Source: Deferribacterales bacterium
GTDB lineage: Bacteria; Chrysiogenota; Deferribacteres; Deferribacterales; Geovibrionaceae
Assembly (NCBI GenBank): GCA_050251945.1
Contig: JBFWLW010000001.1
Coordinates: forward strand, 416,001-480,000
Reading direction: 5' to 3'
Length of the DNA stretch: 64,000 nt
Shown: piece after piece, positions 47,058 through 56,472 of the stretch
Numbering within the stretch: position 1 is the first letter of the stretch
Layout: each line of letters begins with the position of its first letter
Position numbers and translations under genes: made by a program
Notes under the pieces: model-generated
Database searches by the model: none
What the model was told of the DNA's origin: nothing
What the model saw: the letters and a program-made list of their open reading frames with translations, nothing else

Positions 47058-47842
47058 GGCTGCTGTTTCTCAATCCCGTATTTTGAAAACACCTGTCTGC
47101 CCTTTTCAGATGCCGCAAGTTTCAGAAAATCTCCGGCGCACTCTTCCTCGCGTGAAAAAGTTATAAGCCCTGCTTTAACTTTTACCTTTCTGAAATACGG
47201 TGAATCTATTTCCACGGTCTGGGTTCCTTTGGACTGCGGACTATATTTAAGAGATATCCAGTCAACCGCTATATCTGCGTTATTGTCCGCAACGGCTTTA
47301 AGGAGTTGTTTTGAATCGGATGCGAGACCGGTGACGTTTGCAAAAACATCTTTCAGTATTCCCGCCTTTTGCAGAGCCAGATGGGTTTCTTCTCCCGCCC
47401 CGCTGGTAAGAGCTGAGCCTATTATACTTCTGACTCTGTCGTTAGTGAGCCAGTTCAGGTTTCCGTCAATTCTAAGAGGGTTGCCGTAGGCAACGAAATA
47501 AGCCAGCCTGTCACTGCCCAGTTCGTAAGTTTCCGAAACAATGCCCTGAGATTTCAGGGTATCCACATAGTCACCCACTGTTGCAAATACAGCATCGCCT
47601 TTTTTGTTCACCTGTATGGCTCGCATCTGGTGTGCGCTGCCTCCGGTGAGAATATCGACGGCACAGCCGCCGTTGTTCTCATATTCAGAGGCAAGTTCGC
47701 TGACCGGATTTGAAAGAGCGGCGGAAGAATATACCAGAATAGATCGTTTGTCGCCTTCGGAAGAAAATGGAGGTTTTTCAGGATTGCATCCGCAGCCGGA
47801 CAGAAAAATAGAAAAAATAATAACAAGCCGAATGATTTTCAT
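47054..47842 (-). CDS. ModA-like periplasmic substrate-binding lipoprotein
   Basis: Lipobox LSGC; GGS....I, GNP..I and FL....SE.G..VF.KYG motifs. Confidence 0.8.
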   Translation of the reverse strand: MKIIRLVIIFSIFLSGCGCNPEKPPFSSEGDKRSILVYSSAALSNPVSELASEYENNGGCAVDILTGGSAHQMRAIQVNKKGDAVFATVGDYVDTLKSQGIVSETYELGSDRLAYFVAYGNPLRIDGNLNWLTNDRVRSIIGSALTSGAGEETHLALQKAGILKDVFANVTGLASDSKQLLKAVADNNADIAVDWISLKYSPQSKGTQTVEIDSPYFRKVKVKAGLITFSREEECAGDFLKLAASEKGRQVFSKYGIEKQQP

Positions 47843-47997
47843 CCTGTCCCCGCCAATAATTATTTACAAAGTCTACACTAAAAAGAACCCTTGCGAAAGT
47901 TGAATTAAAACTTGTTATAAACATTCATTTTATATTTAACTTGCACATATTATTAAACAGCGGTACCCTTTAAAAGAATACCATTTAAGGGTGATTT

Positions 47998-49110
47998 ATG
48001 AGAAACATACTGATAGCTGCTGCACTAATGCTCAGCTTCTTCGCTTTTGCAGGCGACATGAACGATGAATTTGAACGCAACGCCACAGGCGCTCCCGAAC
48101 TGCTTCAAAAAGGCGCACAGAAGCATTGGTGTCCTGTTTGCGGGATGAACCTTCCGATGTATTACAAAACAAATTTCGCCGTTAAGCTCAAAAACGGCGA
48201 GGCAAAACAATACTGCTCAATCCGCTGCTTTGCAGATGACTACGGCAACATTTCAGAGAACATCAAAGAGATTCTCGTGATGGATGCCGCAAAAGAAAAG
48301 TTTACTAATGCTAAAAAAGCTCATTATGTAATGGGCAGTCAGGCGCCGGGAACCATGACCGCCGTCAGCAAATACGGCTTCGCATCTCTTGCGGACGCTC
48401 AGGCGTTCCAGAAGAAATACGGAGGCGAGGTTGTTAACTACGACACCGTACTTAAGGCAACTCTCGATTCCATGCAGGCGGACAAAAATATGTCCGCGGC
48501 AAAGAAAGAAAAGATGGTCTACCCCATGGGTGAAAAAATATATAAGTCCGTCTGCAAACCCGTCAATCCGTCCGCATTTGAACAGATCAACACCATGAAG
48601 GCATATATTAAAGATAACGCTGTCTGCGGCGAACTGAAAGAGGGTCAGCTGCAGGCTGTTTCCCTTTATCTCTGGGAAGTTCAGAGAAAATCCGCGGAAG
48701 GCTATTCCACAATCTCTGTTCCGGACGGAGCAAAATGCCCTGTCTGCGGCATGTTCGTTGCGAAATACCCAAAATGGGCTGCACAGATAACCTATAAAGA
48801 TGCAAAAGGCACCCAAAACTCAGTTTATTTCGACGGAGTGAAAGACCTGATGAAGTTTTATCAGAAACCGGAGAAATGGGGAAAATACAAACACATCACC
48901 ATAACAAATATACTTGTCAGTGACTATTACAGCCTGAAAGCCATAGACGGCAAAGCCGCATTTTACGTTACAGGTTCGGACATGTACGGTCCCATGGGCA
49001 ATGAGCTTATTCCGTTTGAATCCGAACAGAACGCTAAAACGTTCATGGCAGACCATAACGGCAAATCCATTGTCAGGTTTTCAGAGATAACATCCGCAAT
49101 GCTGAAATGA
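47998..49110 (+). CDS. Tandem NosL-like domain periplasmic protein
   Basis: Signal peptide; two CPVCGM motifs, A.YV.GS..GTM/GPMG and F...A..F...GG. Confidence 0.85.
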   Translation: MRNILIAAALMLSFFAFAGDMNDEFERNATGAPELLQKGAQKHWCPVCGMNLPMYYKTNFAVKLKNGEAKQYCSIRCFADDYGNISENIKEILVMDAAKEKFTNAKKAHYVMGSQAPGTMTAVSKYGFASLADAQAFQKKYGGEVVNYDTVLKATLDSMQADKNMSAAKKEKMVYPMGEKIYKSVCKPVNPSAFEQINTMKAYIKDNAVCGELKEGQLQAVSLYLWEVQRKSAEGYSTISVPDGAKCPVCGMFVAKYPKWAAQITYKDAKGTQNSVYFDGVKDLMKFYQKPEKWGKYKHITITNILVSDYYSLKAIDGKAAFYVTGSDMYGPMGNELIPFESEQNAKTFMADHNGKSIVRFSEITSAMLK

Positions 49111-49352
49111 CGGCAAGAAGCGTAAAGTTTCTGATCTTTATAATGATATTTACAGCGGTAACGGCGGCACAGTTGTTTTACTTTGCCGCCTTCCGCATGC
49201 CTTCCGCAAACGACCAGGTTGTTCGGTACGGGTTTGCCCGTTTGACAGGCATTTCTGAACCCGCTGTCTATTGCGAATACAAGAGACAGGCTGCCCCCGA
49301 TACTCCTTTCGGTTTTGATACAGACCTTAGGTCTACGGTGTACGGAAGGTGA
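49107..49352 (+). CDS. Small membrane-anchored hypothetical protein
   Basis: 81 aa with N-terminal hydrophobic helix; ATGA and GTGA overlaps with both neighbours. Confidence 0.65.
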   Translation: MTARSVKFLIFIMIFTAVTAAQLFYFAAFRMPSANDQVVRYGFARLTGISEPAVYCEYKRQAAPDTPFGFDTDLRSTVYGR

Positions 49353-50521
49353 AAGCAGGACTTTTCGAGTTCGCACTCTGCTCGATGGCGGGCAGACGGT
49401 CAAAATTCATATTTGTCTATATCATACTCACTTTACTGATGATGCTGTGTTTTTCGGTATTTTTCGTCACCGCATCACTGCACGCCGAAAGTTCATACGG
49501 AGCGGATGCGCTGCCGGACATCTCGGTTACCATGAACAAAGGCGGACGTAACGAACTGATAAACACATCCAGAATTGAAGATATAATCCTGATACCGGGG
49601 GTTAAATATGCAGAACCGGCATACTTCGGGCTTTACAGGTTCGATTACCTGAAAGCAAATCTGACCGTTGTCGGCATCGACCCTTTTGCGGAACAGTATT
49701 CGGAAGCTTTTGAAAAAGCGGTCGAACAGAATAAAAATATCCTTTCACATGACCGATGGATGATAACCGGACAAAAGCTCGCGGAGACAATCAGCGCTAT
49801 CTACAATAAAGAGGCATTCAGCTTCGGACTGCCCGACGGCAGCTATCTGGAACTGCCCGTTGTCGGCACCTTCGCCCCTCAGTCGCAGTTAATGTCTGCA
49901 TCGGCAGTGCTTACTGATATCGAATCAGCAAAAGAGATACTCGGGATACCGGACGGTAAAGCCGTGCAGATATCCGTTTATACAGGCAATCCGAAAGAAA
50001 CGGACACTATCGCCCAAAAAATATCAGTAATGTTTCCTGATACGAAAGTTGAAACGAAAGAGATAAAGCAGGCGGCGGCTTCAAATCTGTTTGATTTTGC
50101 ATCAGGCATATTTATGCTTGTGTTTGCTGTCAGCCTTTTCACGTTTTTCATTATAGTATTTGACAGAGCATCGGGGCTTAACATGGAGGAACGCAAAGAG
50201 ATAGCAGTGCTGAAAGCCGTTGGCTACACGCCGTCAAACATCATCTCAGTGCGCTTTTATGAAACTCTTATTACAGCCGCATCCGCGTTCATTACCGCCC
50301 TGCCAGTCGCCATGTTCTATGTGTACGGACTTCAGGCGCCGCTTCTGAAATCAATCTTCATAGGTTTCTCATACATGCGTCCGGATTTCATCCTGCCGTT
50401 CGTCTTTCCCGTGAAGGAGATAGCTCTCACCTTTATGGTCACAGTACCTGTTTACGCGGCATCAATCATAATTCCTGCATGGAGAGCATCGGTAACGGAT
50501 GCGCAGGAGAGCCTGCGATGA
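49349..50521 (+). CDS. FtsX/LolE/MacB-type ABC permease
   Basis: TM, periplasmic domain, then 3 TMs; ERKEIAVLKAVG and IPAWRAS motifs. Confidence 0.9.
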   Translation: MKAGLFEFALCSMAGRRSKFIFVYIILTLLMMLCFSVFFVTASLHAESSYGADALPDISVTMNKGGRNELINTSRIEDIILIPGVKYAEPAYFGLYRFDYLKANLTVVGIDPFAEQYSEAFEKAVEQNKNILSHDRWMITGQKLAETISAIYNKEAFSFGLPDGSYLELPVVGTFAPQSQLMSASAVLTDIESAKEILGIPDGKAVQISVYTGNPKETDTIAQKISVMFPDTKVETKEIKQAAASNLFDFASGIFMLVFAVSLFTFFIIVFDRASGLNMEERKEIAVLKAVGYTPSNIISVRFYETLITAASAFITALPVAMFYVYGLQAPLLKSIFIGFSYMRPDFILPFVFPVKEIALTFMVTVPVYAASIIIPAWRASVTDAQESLR

Positions 50522-51159
50522 TAAAATTCACATCGGTGACAAAAAAATATAAAGACATAACCCCTTTGGATGATTTCAGCATGGAAATTGCCGCAGGGGA
50601 AACAGTTATTCTAAGCGGGCGAAGCGGGAGCGGAAAGACCACCGTTCTTTCGCTCACGGCGGCTCTGACGCGCCCCACGTCGGGCAGTATTGAGGTAAAC
50701 GGAAAGCAGACAGCAAAACTGCCGGAGGAGTTCGCGGCACTTTTCCGCAGAGAGTCAGTGGGGATGATATTCCAGAACTATAACCTTCTGCCCGGTCTGT
50801 CTGTCATTGACAACATCACCATACCGCTTCTGCCCACAAAAATGTTAATGAAACAGCAGCAGGAGCGCGCATACACCCTTATGGAAAAATTAAATATAAC
50901 TGATAAGGCAAAGACCGTAGTCGGCAGGCTGTCAGGCGGCGAACAGCAGAGGGTCGCCATAGCCAGAGCGCTGATAAACAACCCGCCCGTGATACTTGCG
51001 GATGAACCGACATCCAGTCTGGACGCAACACTCACCGACAGACTGCTTGAAATATTTGCCGTTATAAAGGCGGAAGGCAGAACACTGCTCATTGCAACAC
51101 ACGACAAAGCTGTCATTGAAAGCGGCATTGCCGACAGAATAATCGGTATAGAAAAATGA
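50518..51159 (+). CDS. ABC ATPase (LolD-like)
   Basis: GRSGSGKT, LSGGEQQRVAIARAL, DEPT and THD motifs. Confidence 0.95.
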   Translation: MIKFTSVTKKYKDITPLDDFSMEIAAGETVILSGRSGSGKTTVLSLTAALTRPTSGSIEVNGKQTAKLPEEFAALFRRESVGMIFQNYNLLPGLSVIDNITIPLLPTKMLMKQQQERAYTLMEKLNITDKAKTVVGRLSGGEQQRVAIARALINNPPVILADEPTSSLDATLTDRLLEIFAVIKAEGRTLLIATHDKAVIESGIADRIIGIEK

Positions 51160-52103
51160 GCTTTCTGATACCTGATATCTTCATTCAGCTTATCCTTTAT
51201 TCAGTTCTGATTTTTTTCCTTTGCATCAGTCTCGTCGTCAGCGTCAGGGTCATACTGCGCTGGGATTTCTCCGGTACGTCAGAGATGCAGTACGCTCTGG
51301 AAAAGCAGACCTATCTGGTTTCCGTGCTTATGAAATATATGTTCGCAGTAAATATTCCCATGTTTCTGGTGTTCATATACGCAAACGATAAGCTTTCGGC
51401 GTATCTCACCGGCGCAATGTGCGCCGCAGGGGTATTAAACGCGACAATATACGGAAAATATCTGATAATTCTAAAAATAATCAATTTATATCTGTCTGTG
51501 GCGTGGCTCACGGTCAACCGCTTCGATCTGAAAAATGAAACCCTGCCGTTTACATACGTTAAATTCAGTATAATACCGCTGTTTTTTGTTTCATTTATAG
51601 CAGAAGCCATACTTTTTATTCTTCATTTTGCTTCAATCGACCCGACAGTTCCGGTGAGCTGCTGTAACGTCATCTTTGCCGACAACACATCCATATTCAG
51701 AACTTTCATATCGGATAACGCTGTATATCTGTTCGCTGGCTCGTTTGCGCTTACGGTTCTCACCTGTAAGCGCCCCGTTCTGTACGGTGCGGTAAATGTT
51801 CTTTTCGCAGTGTCGGGAATCGCCGTACTGATTTATAAAGTCTCACCCTATATATATGAACTGCCGACCCACCAATGCCCTTTCTGTATACTGCAAAGCG
51901 GTTATGGATACGTCGGTTACGCTTTTTATATAACGCTCTTTACAGGTACTGCGCTTGGGATATCGGCAGGTTTCCAAACACTGATAAGCAGAATTCCTCC
52001 CAAAAAAATGTTCCGATACAGCATGGTGTTAAATATCGCATATCTTCTTTTGTGCGTGTGGTTTCCACTAAGTTATTTTCTTACAAACAAAACATGGCTC
52101 TGA
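51156..52103 (+). CDS. Cys-motif polytopic membrane protein of unknown function
   Basis: About 8 TMs with GAMCAAG, VSCC and ELPTHQCPFC loops; ATGA overlap. Confidence 0.8.
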   Translation: MSFLIPDIFIQLILYSVLIFFLCISLVVSVRVILRWDFSGTSEMQYALEKQTYLVSVLMKYMFAVNIPMFLVFIYANDKLSAYLTGAMCAAGVLNATIYGKYLIILKIINLYLSVAWLTVNRFDLKNETLPFTYVKFSIIPLFFVSFIAEAILFILHFASIDPTVPVSCCNVIFADNTSIFRTFISDNAVYLFAGSFALTVLTCKRPVLYGAVNVLFAVSGIAVLIYKVSPYIYELPTHQCPFCILQSGYGYVGYAFYITLFTGTALGISAGFQTLISRIPPKKMFRYSMVLNIAYLLLCVWFPLSYFLTNKTWL

Positions 52104-52175
52104 ACATCTGCGCCTATTGACACTTATGATGAACGGGACAATCTTAATCTTATATTTCATTAAGTGAGGGAATCT

Positions 52176-52790
52176 ATGAAAAATGTCGTTTATGTTGTAT
52201 TTCACAGTTTTTACGGACACATCTGGCAGATGGCAAAAGCGGTGGCAGAAGGAGCCGCAGCAGTTGACAACACAGAGGTGAAACTTTTCAGAGTTCCTGA
52301 AACTGTGGATGAAGAATCACTGAAAAAAGCAGGCGCATATGAGGCTCAGAAAGCGTTTGCGGACATTCCCGTCATAGAACCGGCACAGCTTGGCGACGCG
52401 GATGCGGTAATCTTCGGCACACCCACAAGATTCGGCAACATGAGCAGCCAGATGCGATCTTTTTTTGACAGAACCGGAGGTCTTTGGGCAAAAGGCGGAC
52501 TCATCGGGAAGGTAGGCAGTGTTTTCACATCCACAGGCACACAGCACGGCGGACAGGAAACAACAATAACCAGCTTCCACACCACCCTTCTTCACCACGG
52601 TATGGTCATTGTGGGGGTTCCTTTCAGTCACAGCGGTCTTTCTGTTATATCGGAGGTGTCCGGCGGCACACCCTACGGTGCATCAACTATAGCAGGAGGA
52701 GACGGAAGCAGAATGCCGTCGGCAAACGAGCTTGCTGTTGCAAAATTTCAGGGTGAGCATGTGGCAAAGATATCAGCGAAACTTAAATAA
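52176..52790 (+). CDS. wrbA: NAD(P)H:quinone oxidoreductase WrbA
   Basis: [19 protein letters not shown] and GGTPYG motifs. Confidence 0.95.
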   Translation: MKNVVYVVFHSFYGHIWQMAKAVAEGAAAVDNTEVKLFRVPETVDEESLKKAGAYEAQKAFADIPVIEPAQLGDADAVIFGTPTRFGNMSSQMRSFFDRTGGLWAKGGLIGKVGSVFTSTGTQHGGQETTITSFHTTLLHHGMVIVGVPFSHSGLSVISEVSGGTPYGASTIAGGDGSRMPSANELAVAKFQGEHVAKISAKLK

Positions 52791-52815
52791 ACAGAAAAGG
52801 CGGGGAAACCCGCCT

Positions 52816-52957
52816 CGGGTTATTGACAAACTGGTTAAAAGTTAATGAGATTGCCGCGTCAGCCTACAGCTTCCCCGCAATGACAGCAATTTACGTCTTC
52901 GCGAGGAACACATGCGACGACGCGATCTCGCATTTTTCTGACTTTGTCATCAGTATG
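52816..52957. mobile_element. MITE-like element, copy D, flanked by an 18-bp direct repeat of a terminator hairpin
   Basis: CGGGTTATTGACAAA ... TTTGTCATCAGTATG; AGGCGGGGAAACCCGCCT at both 52798-52815 and 52958-52975. Confidence 0.85.
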
Positions 52958-52978
52958 AGGCGGGGAAACCCGCCTATT

Positions 52979-53560
52979 TTATATCAATCCTGTGTTATAA
53001 GCAAACTGAACAAGTGATGCCGAATTTGCAATATTCAGCTTCTGGAGCATTTTATTCCGGTGAGTGTCAACAGTATTCTTGCTTATGCAAAGCTGTTCGG
53101 CTATTTCTTTACTTGTTTTTCCCAGAGCGATAAGCCTTAAGACTTCACACTCCCTGTTGGTAAGTATGCCGCTGTAATTCTCCGGTATCAGTCCGTTAAG
53201 ACCTGTCAGTATCTTTTCAATTCCGCATTTTATAGCGTCCGATTCATCTTCGGCATAAACAAAATGGCATATTCCCAAAACAGAATTATAATAATTGACA
53301 TGCTTATTCTCGCGCGTTGTATGAAGAATAATTCTTTCCGGGGAATAATTTATAACAAGTGAATCGAGAAGATCACTTCCGTAGTTTCTTGAGTAAATAT
53401 CTGCAATCACGAAATCCGGTTTTTTGCTTTTCAGGCTTTCATGAAGTTCATGCGGGTTCGCAACAGTATACACTTCTTTGACAGACTTCAGCTCCTGAAG
53501 CATTTTTGCCATTGATTCGCGTATCAGCGTTCCTCGACTGTATATGAGAACACAAGCCAT
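52979..53560 (-). CDS. LuxR/NarL-family regulator with atypical receiver domain
   Basis: LT.RE.EVL.LIA.G.TSKEIA..L.IS..TV.THR HTH; receiver-like N-terminus lacks the acidic pair. Confidence 0.9.
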   Translation of the reverse strand: MACVLIYSRGTLIRESMAKMLQELKSVKEVYTVANPHELHESLKSKKPDFVIADIYSRNYGSDLLDSLVINYSPERIILHTTRENKHVNYYNSVLGICHFVYAEDESDAIKCGIEKILTGLNGLIPENYSGILTNRECEVLRLIALGKTSKEIAEQLCISKNTVDTHRNKMLQKLNIANSASLVQFAYNTGLI

Positions 53561-53910
53561 TATTACTGCACCTTATAATTAAACACAGCGAAACTTTACT
53601 TCTATTAAACCTAATTGTAAATACTGTGATTTATGTATTTTACTGATTCCAATAGCCTTTCAAGAAAACAACGGTAAAAAAAGAAATATCATAAATTCAC
53701 GTAATAAAAACTATTAGATATTTCTTAATAATTAGCACATTAACTTCTTAACCTTAAAGATATTATAATACTACATATTCAAAGCGAACTTTGTTAAGCT
53801 CGTATAAAATCATTTTCACACATACACATAATGCAATATCTAGATTAATTCTCAATGAAAAATACTTATCCTTTATGCATAAATAAAACAACTAATACAC
53901 TTTAAAAAAC

Positions 53911-54690
53911 TTAAAATTTCCCTTCATTCCTGATGATGGTCAGAAGCTCTTCACAAACGTTCTCTGATGCACATAAAATAAATCTTTCATAAAGATCCAT
54001 GACACCGGAACCGTCCATCCCTGTCACTCTGCATCCTGCCTCTGATGCGATAACAGCACCGCCTGCTATGTCCCACGGACTAAGATTAAACTCGTAATAA
54101 CCGTCGAAGACACCTTTTGCAGTGTAACAAAGATCCAGAGCGGCGGAACCTGCACGCCTTATACCCTGTGTGTTTTTTAAAACACACCCCAATATTTCTA
54201 ATATATTATTCTCTTTCCCTTCTGCAATACTATATGGGAATCCTGTCGCAATAAGACAGTCTATAGCCTTTTCTTTCATGGATGAGCGGATCTTTCCACC
54301 GTTCAGAAACGCACCGCAGCCCTTTTCGGCAATGAACATTTCGTTTATCACGGGATTATATACAACACCGTACAGTCCCTCGTTTTCGTTATATACGCCC
54401 ACAGAGATGCAGCAGAAAGGGAAGCCGTGGACAAAGTTTGTGGTTCCGTCTATAGGGTCAATGTAGACCGCCTTTTTTCTCTGCGCTCTTTCTTTATGTG
54501 TCTCTTCCGCAACGAAGTCATATTCTCCGGACATGAACGACAATTCATTCAGAAGGATATTCTCAACCTCAACATCATATTGCGTAACGAGGTCTATTTT
54601 GCCTTTATGGGAAACCTGTTTTGTGCTGTTGAAACCTTTCAGCAGGTGTTCACCCGCTTTTAAAACAGCTTTTTCAATCTTTGAAAGCAT
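53911..54690 (-). CDS. suhB: Inositol monophosphatase family protein
   Basis: DLVT, EE, IDPIDGTTNF, GSAALDL and WDIAG motifs. Confidence 0.92.
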   Translation of the reverse strand: MLSKIEKAVLKAGEHLLKGFNSTKQVSHKGKIDLVTQYDVEVENILLNELSFMSGEYDFVAEETHKERAQRKKAVYIDPIDGTTNFVHGFPFCCISVGVYNENEGLYGVVYNPVINEMFIAEKGCGAFLNGGKIRSSMKEKAIDCLIATGFPYSIAEGKENNILEILGCVLKNTQGIRRAGSAALDLCYTAKGVFDGYYEFNLSPWDIAGGAVIASEAGCRVTGMDGSGVMDLYERFILCASENVCEELLTIIRNEGKF

Positions 54691-54755
54691 TTGATTTTCT
54701 CTCAATTATTTTATATATTCATTCTGCTTATTGCAGCCATCGGGAGAAATTATAC

Positions 54756-55823
54756 ATGACTAATACTGAAAAGTACATAGACTTGAATTCCATCAGCTTT
54801 GACATATCGGTGGAACAGTGTTTTGAAAATCTTAGACCCCACCCCAAATTCTCGTCATGTACTTTTGTAAATTACATCCCCGATGAAAACTATCCCTCGC
54901 AGTCGCAGATAAAATCACTGCTTTGCAATACGCTGGACAGCATGAAACATTACTCCCCTGCGAAACAGGTGCAGGGAAAGCAGTTGTTCGGGTTTCTAAG
55001 AAGCAAAAAAACGTCAGACGATTCTCATAAACCCAATAACATATACATAGACGGAAGCTACGGCATAGGTAAAACGCATCTTCTGAGTTCATGCTACAAC
55101 ATATGCGAGCGCGGAACAAAAGCGTTCATGAGCTTCGGCGAAATGAATTATTTCTTTCACTATCTGGGCGTCGAAAAATGCATTGAACACTTTTCAGGAC
55201 TCAGCCTGCTGCTCATTGATGAATTTGAACTTGACGACCCAGCCATGACCCATATCATGGCGAAATTCTTCCGCGAAATAAACAAAAATACCCTGATAAT
55301 CACAACTTCAAACACACTTCCCAACGAACTTGGCAAACTGCGCTTTCAAACGGATAATTTCACAAAACAATTGGGAGAGATAGCAGAAAGCTTTGAAACC
55401 ATCATAGTGGAGGGAGAAGACTACCGAAAACGCAATAAAATATGGATGAAAAATGTTTCAGAAGACAGTTTTCTCGATACTTTCGCTATGTATACGCCTG
55501 AAATGAAGGCAAAATCAAAAATAGGCTTTGAAAATCTGATAAAACTTTTGGAATCCATCCACCCGTTCCGCTACTTCGTTATTCCGGAAACGGTTGAAGC
55601 TGTCTTCATAGACGGTCTGACGCCTTTTCCCAACCTGAACAATGCACTCAGATTTAACCAGCTTATAGACCATTGCTATTACTACAATACTAAGCTCTTC
55701 ATACGCAGTGCGCACCAGCTTTCCGACATTTTTCCGCCGGAACTGATAGAGTCAAGTTTTCAGAAAAAACTGCTGAGATGCCTTTCAAGGCTGGATGAAC
55801 TGGCGGTATTTTTTAAAAGCTAA
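54756..55823 (+). CDS. zapE: AFG1/ZapE family ATPase
   Basis: GSYGIGKTHL, IDEFELDD, TSNT.P, G.DYR and RCLSRL motifs. Confidence 0.88.
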   Translation: MTNTEKYIDLNSISFDISVEQCFENLRPHPKFSSCTFVNYIPDENYPSQSQIKSLLCNTLDSMKHYSPAKQVQGKQLFGFLRSKKTSDDSHKPNNIYIDGSYGIGKTHLLSSCYNICERGTKAFMSFGEMNYFFHYLGVEKCIEHFSGLSLLLIDEFELDDPAMTHIMAKFFREINKNTLIITTSNTLPNELGKLRFQTDNFTKQLGEIAESFETIIVEGEDYRKRNKIWMKNVSEDSFLDTFAMYTPEMKAKSKIGFENLIKLLESIHPFRYFVIPETVEAVFIDGLTPFPNLNNALRFNQLIDHCYYYNTKLFIRSAHQLSDIFPPELIESSFQKKLLRCLSRLDELAVFFKS

Positions 55824-56410
55824 GCGTTCTTTATAGCATCCGTCAGTTGTTCAATTTTCAGATGAGCATTAAGGACAAGTGCCGTTCTGCTGTCCAAGGT
55901 AACGGCGGCATGTGGAATCTTTGAGTTGAAAGCGATTGAGTCGCCCTCATTCAGTTCAAGGTTTTCGTTGCCGACCTTCATTCTGATTCCGCCCTGAACA
56001 ACGTACATATATTCGTAACCTTCGTGGCTGAACATTTTCTCGTCCATCTTCTCAGGTTTAATGGTTACCAGAAGCCAGTCCATATAGTCAAAGGACTTTA
56101 TTTTGGCAAGCTCCTCATACATATAGCCGTGCTTAACACCTTCTCTGTAAATGAATTTCTTCTCATCGTTGCGCACAACGAAGAAATCGCTCTGATTGAT
56201 CTCTTCTTCAAAGAAGTAGGTCATTTTGACATTCAGCACTTTTGCTATTTTTCCGAGAGTGTTGATGGGAGGCATGACGATATTGTTTTCTATCTGGGAG
56301 ATAAGAGCCTTTGAAAAACCTGTGAAATTAGCTACATCCTGAAGGGTTAAGCCTCTCTCATTACGAATTTTTCTGACCCTCTCACCTATTTTGATCTCAA
56401 TAGCTTCCAT
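55820..56410 (-). CDS. XRE-family HTH plus cupin transcriptional regulator
   Basis: IGERV..IR..RGLTL..VA..TG.S...ISQIEN; HEG.E and GDS..F.S..PH. Confidence 0.93.
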   Translation of the reverse strand: MEAIEIKIGERVRKIRNERGLTLQDVANFTGFSKALISQIENNIVMPPINTLGKIAKVLNVKMTYFFEEEINQSDFFVVRNDEKKFIYREGVKHGYMYEELAKIKSFDYMDWLLVTIKPEKMDEKMFSHEGYEYMYVVQGGIRMKVGNENLELNEGDSIAFNSKIPHAAVTLDSRTALVLNAHLKIEQLTDAIKNA

Positions 56411-56472
56411 ATCGCCCCCGATCCAACGCTTGTGTTAAGTATTACTGAATAATGTTTGATTGTCAACGGGAA

